Positions 29,216-43,830 are shown, counted from the first letter of the stretch. The stretch is DNA of 64,000 bases from the human T2T-CHM13v2.0 reference genome, Homo sapiens (GCF_009914755.1 NC_060936.1); one strand, 5' to 3'. Made by a program: numbers and translations. Notes: generated from the letters alone by a model not told the origin.

Positions 29216-29625
29216 TACCTATTTCTCTCAGTTTGTTCCCCATCTTTACCGCGACCTCTGCAGACTACATTTTCCCAGGCTCCTGCCCATGAGTGTCTGG
29301 TTAGCTCAGCCGACAGGAAGCAGTGGTGGAGCTTAGCAGTAGGATGAGGGAATGTCAGGGTACTTAAGCCCCTCTCAGTTTGGGGTGGCTGCTCTGACAG
29401 TGGCTGCACCTCCTCTAGAGCTCCAGTTCCCGCTGGGCAGTCCCAGTGCCTCACCTCTGGTGACATCCCCACTTCCTTCTGTCCCTCCAACCTGGAGCAG
29501 CAGCTTCCTACTGTTTCTCATCTTTGGATTGTCTTGCATCCTCCATTTGTTTTTTGTGTTCTTGCAACAGACTTATAGTCAGAGCCCCATGTCAGACTTC
29601 CTCTGGTGAACTACTAGAGTGGCAG
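29215..29625 (+). mobile_element. LTR33-like (ERVL) LTR inserted in a MIR
   Basis: gactacattttcccaggctcc, gacagtggctgcacctcct, gcagcttcctactgtt; MIR resumes near 29640. Confidence 0.55.
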
Positions 29626-29882
29626 ATGCACCGTGCTCCAACAGTCTCATCTGCTAAGTGGAAATAATAATTGTGTCTACCTCATATGGTTTTTGCAAAA
29701 TTAAATGAGTTAATATATTTAACGTGCTTGGGACAAACCATGGCACACAGAGTGACAGCCATACTGTAACACACAGCCAAGGCACCAAAGTCCCTTTCTA
29801 GACCCCAGAGAGGAGATCCCCAAAGCCTTTGAGAATGAATAAGACTCAAGCAGGTGCAGAGAAGATGGAAGGACATTCGAGC

Positions 29883-30309
29883 TGTCTTAGTCCCTTTGTG
29901 TTGCTATCAAGAAAGACCTGAGGCTGGGTGATTTACAAAGAAAAGAGATTTCTTTGGCTCATGATTCTGCAGGCTGTACAAGAAGCATGGCGCCAGCATC
30001 TGTTTCTGGTGAGGTCTTTAGGCTGCTTCCACTCATGGTGGAACATGAAGGGGAGCTGGTGTGTGCAGAGATCACTTGGTGAGAGAGGAAGGGAGCAAGC
30101 AGAAGAGAAGGAGGAGCCAGACTCTTTTTAACAACCAAATCTTGTGGGACCTAAGAGTAAGAACTCACTGATTACCACAAGAATGGCACCGTGCCATTCA
30201 TGAGCCATCTGCCCTCATGACAAAACACCCCCCACGAGACCCCACCTTCAACACTGGGGATCAAATTTCAACATGTGATTTGAAGGAGACAAGTATCCAA
30301 ACTGTATCA
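29883..30309 (-). mobile_element. MSTB-like solo LTR
   Basis: tgtcttagtcc...ggctcatgattctgcaggctgtacaagaagcatggcgccagcatc...tccaaactgtatca. Confidence 0.88.
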
Positions 30310-30319
30310 TAGGCAAAGG

Positions 30320-31460
30320 GATCAGACAACTAAGTGGCCAAGAGGTAAGAGAGAGAAGGGGGCCTTCCGGGAGCCAGGAAAGGGAAGAAACACAGGAAGA
30401 CGGGGCATGCTAACAGAGCAAGGGGAGGGGATGGAGTCAGGGAGAAGGATGAGGCTGGAGAAAACAGAGCCCAGAGCATACCTTTTTAGGCATATTGGAG
30501 TCCAGACTTTGCCCTGACAATGGGGAACCATTGGAGCATTTTACTGAAGTGACACATTTGAATTTATGTTTTAGAGAGGTTTCTTTGGCTGCAGTATGGA
30601 AAATAGATGGGGTGGAAAGGAGAGATGAGAGAACAGCAGGAAGAGCTGTTAGGAAGCCATCGTGAGTGCCCAGGCAAGAGATAATAGCTTGGACTATAGT
30701 AGTGACCCAGGAGCAAAAAAAAAAAAGAAAAAGAAAGAAAGGCTCAAGTTATTCAGGAGGTAAAAGGAACTGGATTGGCATTGGATTGGATGTGGGAGCC
30801 AGGGGAGAAGATGACATCAAAAATGATGCTCCAGTTTTTGACTTGGGTAAATGTACAACAGCAAGCAGCCCAGCCGAGTGATTAGAAGCATGGGCTACAG
30901 TTTCAACAGCCTGCATTCAAAGTCTGGCTCTGTCCACAGCTAGCTGTTGAACCTGGGGCAAGGCACCGATTCACTGGGTGCCTCAGAGTATAAGAGAGGG
31001 ATAATAATTGTATCTTCTGTACAGGGCTCTGGAAAAGGTTAAATGAGGTAAAGTATGTCAAATGCTTGGAACGGAGCCTGGAATATCACAAGCACAGTAA
31101 ATCTTGGCCACTATTACATAGACAAGATCTCAGGAGCAGGCATAGTTTGTGGGGGTGGGAGCATCATGAGCTAGGTTCAAACACACTGATTCTGAGACAT
31201 CTAGGGAACCACAGAACAAGTTCTGGGCTGGAGATGTAGATTTCATTTGAGAGCTGCCAGTAGTAGAGACGGTAATTGAAGCCATGGGAATGGAGGTGAT
31301 TGTCCAGGGAGTGTAGGTAAAGTGAGAATAGATAAGTGCCAAAGGGCACAGTCTGGGTATGTCAACATTTAAGTGACAATTTCAGAAAGAGAAGCCAAGG
31401 AAGAAACCAGAGAAAAGCAGTTGGAGAAGCAAGAAGGCAACCAGAAGTGGCCTTGGTACA
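30320..31460 (-). mobile_element. L2 fragment interrupted by a MIR (about 30880-31115, plus)
   Basis: tttggctgcagtatgga, caggcaagagataat, gattggatgtggg, gtaattgaagccatggga L2 motifs. Confidence 0.75.
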
Positions 31461-31943
31461 GCTGTGATGGGGAGACAATGACGAAACAGCAGGAACTGGC
31501 ACTGAGAGTTATTGGTGTAGCTTGGGCTCTCCCCTCATCATCCTCTCCAGCTGGGAGTCATGTGACAGAAGCAAGAAGCCTGTCACAGCGCACATGTAAA
31601 AGAGCAAACTCCAGACACACACGTCTTATCTGTGCTGACGGCCCACCTTGGTGACTGGAAATGACACCATCCAATTTTTTCTGGCCGCAATGTTGCACCC
31701 CTGATTTTTTCCTTCATATGACAGACTTCACAGCAAATACTCCTACTGAGTCCAAACAACCGCTACGATTGAGAACAAGCATGAATCCGCCACCCACCTT
31801 CTCCTGGAAATAAGGTGATGTGTAGGTTCCTCATCTCCTTTCCAGTGTCCACAAACCCATCTGAGTAATTGCAACTTCAAATTTTTCTTTTCTTTTTTTC
31901 TGTTACAGACACTGATTCCAGAAGAGTGTTCCATATGCTATGC

Positions 31944-32261
31944 TTTTTTAAATTTATTATTTATTATTTTTATTTTTTTGAGACAGAGTCTCGCTCTGTC
32001 ACCCGGGCTGGAGTGCAGTAGCACAATCTCAGCTCGCTGCAACCTCTGCCTCCTGGGTTCAAGCGATTCTCCTGCCTCAGCCTCCTGAGTAGCTGGGATT
32101 ACAGGCACACACCACCACACCCGGCTAATTTTTGTATTTTTAGTAGAGATGGGGTTTTACCATGCTGCCCAGGCTGGTCTCGAACTCCTGACCTCAAGTG
32201 ACCTGTCCACCTTGGCCTCCTAAAGTGCTGGGATTACAGGTGTGAGCCACCGCGCCTGGCC
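31944..32261 (-). mobile_element. AluSx/Sz
   Basis: Full dimer; TSD catatgcta at 31932-31940 and 32262-32270. Confidence 0.95.
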
Positions 32262-34249
32262 CATATGCTAAATTTATTAGAACCCCCAAGCCTGGCCAAA
32301 GGCCTCACTCCTAAGATTCTGGTGGCAATGCCAGCATACACTGGGCTCAGAGGAGGTCTTCAGATACCAGGAGGATTACTCTAATTCAACGCAGAAATGT
32401 TGTGAAACTGCTTTATATTCTGTCTAGCACAAGCAAGTGGGGGTTACTATTTTTGTAATCATTATAAGAGCCTTCAACTATATAATTTTGGGAAGTGGTG
32501 ATAAAAAACAGAGTACTTCTCCCTTGAATTCTACCAGCCCCAAACTTTCATTAACATCCAATTAATTTTCTTAAAAAAGTTCAGCATGAAACTCTCTGCA
32601 GCACTTTGGCACAGTAGTATCTATGCATTTGGAATGACACAGTAATTTCTTATCCTAGGGAAAAAAAATTACTCTGTCAAAATGAATCTTTTAGCCTAAG
32701 ATGAACTGGTTCCATTTCTCATTTCTCTTTTCTCAAGGTTATTGGGTTGCTGAACTCCCATGAACCAAAAAGAAAACACTGAATGGTATCCAAACCAGCC
32801 TGGAAAGGACAGCGAGAAAAGCCAGAACCAAGGCTGACCAGCCTGAATGCTGGTAAATGTTATCAAGGTAACAACTTCTCATGTATCGGTATGTGACCAA
32901 TAAAAAGGGAATGTGCTTGATTAGCAAAAAGAATCTCCATGAAAAATAAGGCATATTAGCATGATGACTTTATTATACAGCAATAACATAAATGGCAATC
33001 CACTCTTGTAGAATATTTGTGTTGAAATTAGGAAATGGCAGCAGATTCAAACACAAGAGTTAATGGAAGCCCTAAATATAGATGATATTCCATCTGGCTG
33101 CCAAGAGCCTGCCTCAGCACATTAACCAGAAGACCAAACCAGAGAAGGGAAATAGCTTTTAAAAGTGCAAAAGAGAAAAGAGATTCACTTAGAATTTTAT
33201 CTGGTAAAAAAAAAACATCTAGTCATAGGATGAGGAGTCATCTGTTTCATGGACTATTTATGACTCAGATGTTAATTCGGATGCTGTCTTTAAATACATG
33301 GAGAGAAGAGAGAAATTTTCCCCCTTTATTTAGGCTTGAAAGAGTTTTGTTGAAGCAGGTAGCTCACAGCTGGTAAGTGGCATTCAGTTGTTTAAAATAA
33401 TTTATATGATTTGGCTTTCATATTTGCTACATTTGTGCAACAAACAGAGCTGCTGTTTTGATTCCTCCAAAACCATTTTAAACTCTAGCACCATGGGGAC
33501 CATGTACCCTTAGCATTTTGCAAGAGTTATACTTTGCACTAAATGAACAGCAAGCCTGTGTTTACAAAACAAAATTATTTTTTTCCAGTTTCAGTTTTGC
33601 TTATTAACAAAGTAGATATTTCTCAAGTCAAAATTTCTCCTTTGTTTATGGTTGGAGATCTTGGCCCTGATGAAAAAACAAAAATCCACTGATGAGTACA
33701 GAAAATCACCACCATGCAGACATCTCTCTTTACAACAATCCTGTGGCTCACAGAGCCATCATGATTGCCAGTGTCCTCGTAGAAAGTCAACAATAGCTAT
33801 TTGCAGTTGATTCGGTTCCTCTGTTTAGGAGATTTTTTGTAGCATAAATAGATTACAGTGTTTGCAAAAATGTGTGTTTATGGTTGACCCTTATGCTTCT
33901 CAGAATCTGTTTGGAGTACTAAGGCATGCTATCCTGGGTGTGTTGATTTCTCTTTGTGCAAACTCTGCTGAAAACCAAGGGCAATCAACAGGATGAAGAA
34001 AGTTTAATTCAGGACCCCGGTTGATAGAGATTACCTCTGGGTCTAAGGTCAGGGATGCTTTAGTCCTCCTTGTTAGAATCTCCAGGGAAACCCTAACTCC
34101 CAGATATTAATCAGATCTGTAGAACCCTGCTTAAAACCTTCCAGTGGCTCTGAATTACTCTTAAATAAAACTCCTTACCCTAGCTGATAACACAGTATAT
34201 AATCTGACCTCTGTTCAGACCTTACCAGACCTATTATGCGCTGTTTATC

Positions 34250-34500
34250 CTGAGGCCTCTCACCTTGACCTGCAGAAGGCTGTCTTCTCCCTTTGTCTTC
34301 ACATGACCTTTCCTCTGTGTGTAACTGTGTCCTAATCTCTCTCTTCTTAGAAGGACACCAGTCTTACTGGGTGAGGGCCCACCCAGAGGACCTCTTTTTT
34401 GCCTTAATTACCTCCTTAAAGGCCCCATATTCAAAGACAGTCACATTCTGAGGTACTAAGTGTTGGGACGTCAACATATGAATTTTGGGGGGCTATAATT
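34250..34500 (-). mobile_element. MLT1B/C LTR fragment
   Basis: aaggacaccagtc, cagtcacattctgaggtact, caacatatgaattttgggg. Confidence 0.8.
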
Positions 34501-34504
34501 TGCC

Positions 34505-35510
34505 TATTCTGCACATTTCATATAAATGGAATCGAACAAAATGCGGCCCATTGATTCTGGCTTCTTTCACGTAGCACAACGTTTTCAAGGTTCATCCAAG
34601 TGGTAGCAGGTATCAGTGACAGAGCAGGAGCACCGTCATCTTGGACAAACATCGCCATTTCAAGTTCCGGCTCCTTTTCTAATCTCAGGCATTTCAAGGA
34701 AATCACTTCTCTTCTAACAACAAGCAGCCAGAAAGAGCAGACAGTAAAACACAGATAAGACAGCTCAGGCACAGAAGGTGGGGGGAAAGTCTCTTGGGTA
34801 ACTGCCAAACTTCACACTCATACAATGGGCCCCAGTAAAACAGTGGGCCCTAATAAGCACATTCCTTTCCCTTTAGGTACACTAAGATAGGGAAGCTAAA
34901 AGCAGGCTTGGGTATGCCTGCAGCTGAAAAAAAAAAAAAAAAAAAAAAGGATAGAAACAAACACAAAAACTCCCTCTCAAATAAGCAAGACAAAGAAACA
35001 CAGAAATATTCTGAGCCTGTGATAAGCTCTCCTGCCCTAAACCCTTAAATACTCTTAGTCTGTAACAGAGAGTGCCCCTGACCTAATTCAGCCAGAAGCC
35101 CCTCTCGGGTTTATTCTCCAAAATAAACCTGTTTTTAACTGTGAAGCCACTTTTCATGTTTCTTTCTTCCTTATTCAACTCTTACTATCAGTACTTTCTT
35201 CTTTTTTATGACTGAATAGTATTTCACGGTATGGCTGTATCACATTTTATTTATCCATTCCTCAGCTGATGGAGATTTGGATTGTATTTGCTTTTTGCCT
35301 GTTATAAATAATGTTGCTATAAATGTTTGTGTACAAGTTTTTGTATGAACATACGTCTTCAGTTATTGTGAGTATATACCTAGGAGTGGAACATTCTGGG
35401 TCATAAACACACATAACTTTGTGTTTCCCTTTTTGAGGACCCACCAAACTGCTTTCCCCAGCAGCTGCCAGCTGCATCATTTTACATTCCCACCAGCAAT
35501 ATATGAGGGC
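34505..35510 (-). mobile_element. L1MB-like 3' fragment interrupted by LTR19B
   Basis: catttcatataaatggaatc...tatatacctaggagtggaa...cattcccaccagcaat. Confidence 0.85.
34617..35186 (+). mobile_element. LTR19B-like (ERV1) solo LTR
   Basis: tgacagagcaggagcaccgtcatcttggacaaac start; aataaa near the 3' end; TSD atcag at 34612-34616 and 35187-35191. Confidence 0.8.
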
Positions 35511-36055
35511 ATGTTTCTAGAGATTACATAATCACAAACGAAGGGCATTGTCCTTTATAGCCTGCTGAAGTTCAAAAGAGAGAGGAAGAGATGTTCAAGT
35601 AAGGAAGAGATGTTTTATTAGGAATATGAAGGGTTCACAAAGTCCTGCTTACTCATTTTCAGCCAACTTTGCCATGGCATTATTTAATTAGCATTTTCAC
35701 CTCATCTTCAATCTTAACATGAATAGCCTGGGTCTCAAGGCCATCTTTTCCCAACCAGTATAAGCACCTTCGAGACAGCATTCAATATGTGTCAATTTAT
35801 TTCCTATTCAATAAGGAAAATTAGGTCTTGCTTTGCCCACTCAGCTTTATTCCTGGAAATACACTTTTCAAAAAGTAGAAAGTTCAGTCTTGCTTTAAAC
35901 CACCAAGCTGCCTGAATGGATTTCATCCATTATTTGGGCTTTATTTTAAACTTTGCTTTTAATAGGCACAGAACCAATGCATATTTTAAACTTTTGACGC
36001 AGGCAAATTTTATATGTCCAAAAGACTCTTGGAAGTTAAGCAGACATAAGGGGTA

Positions 36056-36057
<2 letters not shown>

Positions 36058-36093
<36 letters not shown>
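36058..36093. repeat. (GT)n microsatellite
   Basis: Directly visible. Confidence 0.95.
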
Positions 36094-36095
<2 letters not shown>

Positions 36096-37017
36096 CACAG
36101 AATGAGGGGCACATGCTGCCAATTTAGTAATTAATTATCAACTAACAGAAGGCCACTACCTATACTGTCTGTGGCAGCCAGAGCCTCACCACACTGACAC
36201 CAAGTTGCTGTGCCTCCTTGACAGAAAGTAACACAGATTGCCATCAATGGATAGACAAAAAAACTCTGAATCTATGGTTATACGTGTGCATCTTACAAAT
36301 GGAGTAACAACAAATAGAAGAAATATATTTACAAATGAAAATGAACCCGCATTTATTTACTTCACTAAAACTGTTTTTTTTTCTTCTCATCAAAGATTTC
36401 TCTATTCATGCTACTCAACATCCCAAAAAGAATCAGCATAAGGCCACAAACTCAACAAAATTCCTTCTCCTGTTCATTAAACTCCTGTCCTGACTCCAAG
36501 TTCACACCTAAATAAACAGGCAAGCCTGTGCTCTGCACCCTGAGGAACAGTCTCCTAGGCTTTGTCCTTGCAGAGAGCCCATTTCCAAGGACAGGCCGTC
36601 CATCTACCCAGCTTTTCTCAAGGCCACATAGCTCCTCTCTAAAGACAGCCATCCCCAGGGGTTCAGTTGATCCTGACAGCTGCGCCTACAGAGAAAGAAG
36701 GGAAGAGAGATGGGAGAGGAAGATCTCCCAGGAGTCAGGATGCAAGGTGAAGCCAGCTGTTGATCAGCGGTCACTCAGCAGCTAGACCATGCGACACTCT
36801 CCTTCTGAAGGCTGCAGGCTGTGAGAGTGTTCTGAGTGGCATTTAAGGATAGCTCCCATGCAGCGTGCCAGCTTCGGCAGGGCCTCCTATGGTAAGCCCT
36901 AAAACACAGAGGGAAAAGAATAACCAAGTGGAAGTGGATCATCATGCCATCTATCAGAGACAATGCATGTGAGAATGCTGCTACTAAATGAATGAAAAAC
37001 GCTTTGTAAACTCAAAG

Positions 37018-37207
37018 TCTGTGGTTCTCAAACTTGAGCATGTATCTTTTTTTTTTTTTTTAAATTAAAACGCTGATTTACTTGGCCTTATTCTAGAAGT
37101 TGGATTCATTCGGTCTGGGGTAGGACCTAGAAATTTGCATTTCTAACATTGCATTTCCCAGAGGATCTGATACTGCGGGTCAGCGGCCACACTTGGAGAA
37201 CTAGTTG
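37018..37207. mobile_element. MER5A (hAT-Charlie)
   Basis: gtggttctcaaactt...tttgcatttctaac...cacacttggagaac terminal inverted repeats. Confidence 0.8.
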
Positions 37208-37667
37208 CTAAAACACAGGATCCATGTCAGCTGAAGCTATAATGGGCAATCATGAGCCATGCCCAGACTGAGCAGTAAAAGGAAACAATGTTACTGTCTA
37301 AAACAAGCAAGAAAATAATAGAATATTTAAAAATAACAGAATATATAATGCTTGAGTTGCCAGTAGCAAAGTGTTATGATTAGGTCCTTGAAGTCGGAAA
37401 AAGCAGAGATTAACTAGACATTTCTGAATAAGCCCTGTCCTCTAACTCAGCAGAAAGGAAGAGACCAAGTCCATCATCCTCTCAGTAAACCATTAGCCCT
37501 GGAGCATTGGCTTTCCCTCTTCACAGATGAGGAGTTCCATCTTCTAACTCACACAGAGCAGGGAGAGGATAAGAGCTGAGGAAATGCCATCAGCCCTCAG
37601 CTGGTGACTGTCTCTACTAGTAGTGCCTCATATGGGTATAAGGCTTTGTGGTTTTGAAAAGCTTTCC

Positions 37668-37957
37668 AGTGATCAAAACAATGTGACATGGGTGAAAGAA
37701 TAGACAAATGGACCAACTGAACAGAATAGAGAGCCCAGAAAAAGACCCGCCCAAATTTAGTCAACTGAGCTTTGACAAAGGAGCGAAGGCAATACAGTGG
37801 AGAAAGGACAGTCTTTTCAGTAAATGGTGCTGGAACAACTGGACATCCACATGCAGGAAAAAATAAACTAGAATCTAAACCAAGACCTTACATCTCTTTC
37901 ACAAAAATTACCTCAAAACGGATCAAAGACCTAAAGGTAAAAATGCAAAACTGTAAC
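37668..37957 (+). mobile_element. L1M ORF2 fragment
   Basis: Translates [14 protein letters not shown]...[24 protein letters not shown], with upstream stop codons. Confidence 0.9.
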
Positions 37958-39243
37958 TGGTGACAGCCAGAAAGAAAAAATAATAATTGAGTGACTACTA
38001 GTGCCAGCTATCGAGTTAAGTACTTTTAATAGCTTATCGCATTGATTCTAAACTCTGTACACAATGTATTATTCCCAAATTGCAAATGATGAATTTTTTG
38101 CCAGTGATAAAGTATAATTTCTCTATGTTATTCCCTATAGAATCTGGAGCAGGAGCCTCAGTCTCCTATCAAAAGGAGAAGAACCTGAAGAAAACACTTC
38201 TCTTCCTTCTCTCTGCCTAGGGGCAGTGACCTTGGATTCAACCACCATCATCCCTTCCAGACACCAGAGGGGGGAGTCCCACAAGGCAGAAGGTGCCCCT
38301 GTGACCCATCCACTTCTCTTCCATGTTCTTTACCTCCTTGCTCAGGAAGCCATAAAGTTGAGCTGAGTGGAAGGTGAATTTCATTGCAAAGTTTACACAG
38401 GCTCTGCTGACAGGTTCATGAAAACACTACTGAATATGTTACATACCACCAAGGCTCACAGCACATCCTGTGTTGGAAGTGATACTTTTCCATTACCAGT
38501 AAACCTCCTTTTGTCCTAGGAGCTCACTGAACAGCTAAAATCAGGTGATATTTTTATGTGGAACATGCAACGTATTAAGTCCTTTTGCTCAGTGACCCAA
38601 AAAGGAACTAAACGGTACCCAGACTAGAAATCAATGTCAAATTATTCAAATAAATTCCACTTAAAGAATGGTGGTTTGGAAAGCGCTCAGTCAGAAAGAA
38701 TTCTCCCAAGATTAGTTTACTGTGAAGTAGAAGGGAAGAACGTTTTAACTTTGGTTGGAAATCTGATGACATTACATAGAAGGTGATGAAACATCCTCTA
38801 AGAAACGGTTCTGATCCATTGTATGGCACCCCCCTCTCACATTCCCCCATTTTACCCACTAAAGAAGTTCTTTTACAAGAGGCTAAGGAAACCAAGCAAT
38901 ATAAGATCTAATCAAAACTGAGTGCTGGAAATGTGTGGGGAGAAATCCATAATTAAACTGAGCAATTAACTCCAGAAAGTTAACTGGGGCCAACTCTGAC
39001 ACTGCTATAAAGTTATAAAATCTCCAGCATCTCATTTCTTTGTCCCTCTACCCAATTTCCCCTCAAAGGTAAGCCTCTCTTTCTCTCTCCTCTCTTCTTC
39101 ATATTTAATAAAACTGTTTGCCAGAAAGGAAAGAATCTTAGGTTAGTCATTTACACTTTAGTGCGAATTAAAGCCAGTGTGTCAACTCTCACAGGAATGA
39201 GAATTTCAAGCCATACTTCTAATTGTGGAATGGCTGTCATTGA

Positions 39244-39734
<491 letters not shown>

Positions 39735-39750
39735 AATTCCTAGATGTTGA

Positions 39751-40613
<863 letters not shown>

Positions 40614-41039
40614 GGATCTACTGGTTTCAATATCCACCTCTTCTCCTCTAGGCCCAGAAAACAGGTTAATTTCTGATGGCTTTTAAGTGTCAGCCCTATA
40701 GGACCCATTCTCACTTGACACCAGGTATCTCCACTCCAGATGCCCTTCCCCCTACCAGGTTTTACTTGAAAAGCACAACATGAGTGGCTTGGGCCAAATG
40801 TGGCCATAGGTCCTTCAACAAATGTTGAGTGAGTGTGACCCTTGGAGCAGAAAGTTGACAGGGATCTGACACATGGCTCGTCCCCCAGAGGCTCTCACTG
40901 CTCTCTTAGCTGGAAGAACTTCAAACTCTCAGACAGTGGAAAATTCAGTCTGTTCCAAGCAGGAGACACAAATGTGCTCTTAAAATTCATACTGGCGTTT
41001 GGAACTGCCCAGGGTATTATAAATATAATCGTTCTGAAG

Positions 41040-41089
41040 TGTGAGTGTGTGTCAGGGAGAGAAAGAGATGGAGAGAGAGAGAGAGACAG

Positions 41090-41148
<59 letters not shown>

Positions 41149-41150
41149 GA
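41040..41150. repeat. (GA)n/(GT)n compound microsatellite
   Basis: Directly visible. Confidence 0.95.
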
Positions 41151-41649
41151 CGACAGAAAGGAAAGTGAGAGCAGACCCAGGGCCAGCAAGTATCCATGCC
41201 AAGAACACAAGGCCAAGCCCAGAGAAGAATGTCCACCAGATGCCCAGTGACTACATTTTGGATTTTCTACTGCTTCCTCCTCAGAGAAAAGGGGGGAAAT
41301 AAATTAGAGAGAACGCAAAGGGAGAGAGAGAGTGAGCAAGATGGGTGGGGATGGAGAGAGAAAGGAACAGGAAGTGGGAGCCTTACTAAACATAGAGCAA
41401 GAGGCCCAGACTGAGAGAGAGAGGCTGTCAGAATGAGGAACTACTGAGAGATCACAGGCTTCTCCACCAGTTACAAGTGATTAATATCTACATTTATTGT
41501 GTTTTGAAGCCATCAAGTTCTATGTCCAAATGACCCCACCCCTCCCATAATGCAGCACCAAGACTAATCCACCATCCACAGGGCATTCTGTTTCCTGCCA
41601 AACAGATGGGGCTTATTGAGGTTGGTCTTACACAGCCTCTTCCAGGTCT

Positions 41650-41766
41650 TGGACACACGCTGGCCAGCCTCTGTGGCTGAGGAATAGAATAAAGTTAAGT
41701 GAACTGACCCTACACGTGGGCCCCTATGACCTTCATTGCTCTTGAACTAACTGAGCTGACCAGCCA
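41650..41766 (-). mobile_element. MamSINE1-like tRNA-derived SINE relic
   Basis: Minus strand ggctggtcagctcagttagttcaagagc...aaggtc resembles a tRNA-Ile head, followed by tctattcctcagccacaga. Confidence 0.5.
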
Positions 41767-41790
41767 GCCTGAAGCAACATGGCCCCAGGG

Positions 41791-42232
41791 CAGGGGCTCT
41801 TAACCTTTTATGCACCAGGCTTCCTTTGGCAGGCTGGTAAAGCCACAGACTCCCTTCTCAGAATAATGTTATTAGGCATAAAATGAAATACATAAAGCTA
41901 CAAAGGAAATCAGTTACAACATCAAATATTTTAAAGATTACAAATACAGTAATATTTTTACTCTTTTATCAGTGCTTTAAATAATAGGATCTGGTGAGAG
42001 GTCAAATAACAACCATCATTTCAAAGAGTGATGAGAGAAGGAGTGTTTCCATTGTCTACAACAACTACCAGGTGATATGAAAAGATCTGTTATTTCTGTG
42101 GCAAGAGTCATAGGCGCTGCTAATACCAGTGCAGTTTCTTGCCTACATTCTTAATAGAAACAAAAAGCTAGATTTCAGTGAGAGGTTAGATAAAATAAAG
42201 ATGCAATTTTTCCCCATCCAAATTTATGAACC
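41791..42232 (+). mobile_element. Charlie4a-like DNA transposon
   Basis: caggggctcttaaccttttt TIR; cccttctcagaataatgtt; ctgctaatac; aaataaagatg. Confidence 0.8.
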
Positions 42233-42319
42233 AGAACAAAGGCAATAAAAGGAAGGGAGCTGCAACAACAGTAATCGTAGTGACAAAGCAACATCTGCTA
42301 CAAGAACAACAGCAAAAAA

Positions 42320-42540
42320 TGGCTGCCATCTCTGCTCTGTATCAGGCCCTGGGTTAAATGCTTTCTACTCATCTTTCTCTTTCATTCTGAGGGAGGCATC
42401 ATTTTGCCCACTTTACAGATGAGGAAACTGAGGCTTTAGGACATTAGGGAACTTGTCTAGGACCATAGCCAATAAGTAGCTGTGGCAAGAATGGAAGTCA
42501 AGGCTGTCTGACACTGAAGGCCACATTCGCTGTGCACTGT
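42320..42540 (-). mobile_element. MIR
   Basis: tttacagatgaggaaactgaggct core. Confidence 0.85.
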
Positions 42541-42559
42541 GTCTTCAGAAAGAGATAGG

Positions 42560-42612
<53 letters not shown>
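42560..42612. repeat. (GT)n(GA)n microsatellite
   Basis: Directly visible. Confidence 0.95.
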
Positions 42613-42617
<5 letters not shown>

Positions 42618-43002
42618 TGTTTCCTTTTTCTCATTCATGCCAGAAGAATTGGACTGGTTTAAGCATCTATACTTTCACCCATCTTGACTATCCATTTCCA
42701 TCTTTTTAATGTTTGCTCTTTTCAGTTCAAAGACCCTTATGCTTCATACATTCATAGCCAGTACATATATGTTGGGTACTGGCTATGTTTACTGACACCA
42801 AAAATTCAAAGATAAATATGTTCTCTGACTTTCAGGAAGCTTATAACTTATTGGAGAAAACAGATATGCAAACAGATAAATTATAATATGCAGCAATTAG
42901 AATTCAAGGTAATTTGCACAATAAGGAGAATTTATTGACTCATATAACTGAAAAGTCCAGAAGTAGACAGGCTTCAGGCACTGTTTGATTAGGTCTTCAT
43001 CA

Positions 43003-43199
43003 GCAGTGTGCTAGGAAGTATGTCACAACTAACTGACTTTCCAGAGAAAAAAGAGCCATGAGTTTGTCTATTTCCATGGTGTAAATACTCCCACCACGAC
43101 CTATTTCAAGCTACCAACATGAAGTCACTGAAGATAGAATTAGGAAGAGATGTGCGCAGTCACCCCTTGCCTGATGCAGGCTAGCTCCAGCATGCTATG
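43003..43199. mobile_element. MER63A-like (hAT-Blackjack) nested in an old MLT1 LTR
   Basis: tttccatggtgtaaatactcccacc...tttcaagctaccaac...gtcactgaa. Confidence 0.75.
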
Positions 43200-43486
43200 A
43201 CCATTCTCATTTCTTCACAGTTCTCTCAGTTTTTCCATCCTCTGTATGCTGGTTTTGTCCTGATGATGCAACCAGCAGCTGGGACTGTACACTTTCCTTC
43301 TAGTGTCTAGCAAGCTTCTCTTCTACTAATCACCAAAAAAAAATTCCTGAGCTCTTCTGAAAGAATCGCTGTATCCAAGGAATATCACCCAGCTGGCTTA
43401 GCCTTGGGTGGCATATTAAAATAAGCAATAGCTACCTTCTCTCAAGGCTCTTCATTTCACCTATCAAGTACTCCTTGTTGGACAAA

Positions 43487-43830
43487 GCTACGGTCTGAAT
43501 GTTCTTGTCCCTTCAAAATTCATATGTTGGAACCTAATACTTAAAGTGATGGTATTAAGAGGTGGGGGTCTTTGAGGAAGTGATTAAGTCATGAGGGCTC
43601 CACCCTCATGAATGAGATTACTGCCCTCATAAAAGAGGTTGAAGGGAGTGTCCTTGTCCCTTCCACCATGTGAGGTCATAGCAAGAAGGTGCCGTATAAG
43701 GAATGGGCCCTTACTAGGTGCCTTAATTTTGGACTTCCCAGTCTCCAGAACTGTGAGCAATAAATTTCTATTGTTTATGAATTACCCAGCCTAAGGTATT
43801 TGGGTATAGCTGCCTGAATGGACTAAGACA
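43487..43830 (+). mobile_element. MLT1A-like solo LTR
   Basis: ggtctgaatgtt...aaaattcatatgttg...ctccagaactgtgagcaataaattt...ggactaagaca. Confidence 0.85.

Noticed and set aside
41690-41766. Possible tRNA gene
   Set aside because: No cloverleaf or B box; better explained as an old SINE head.
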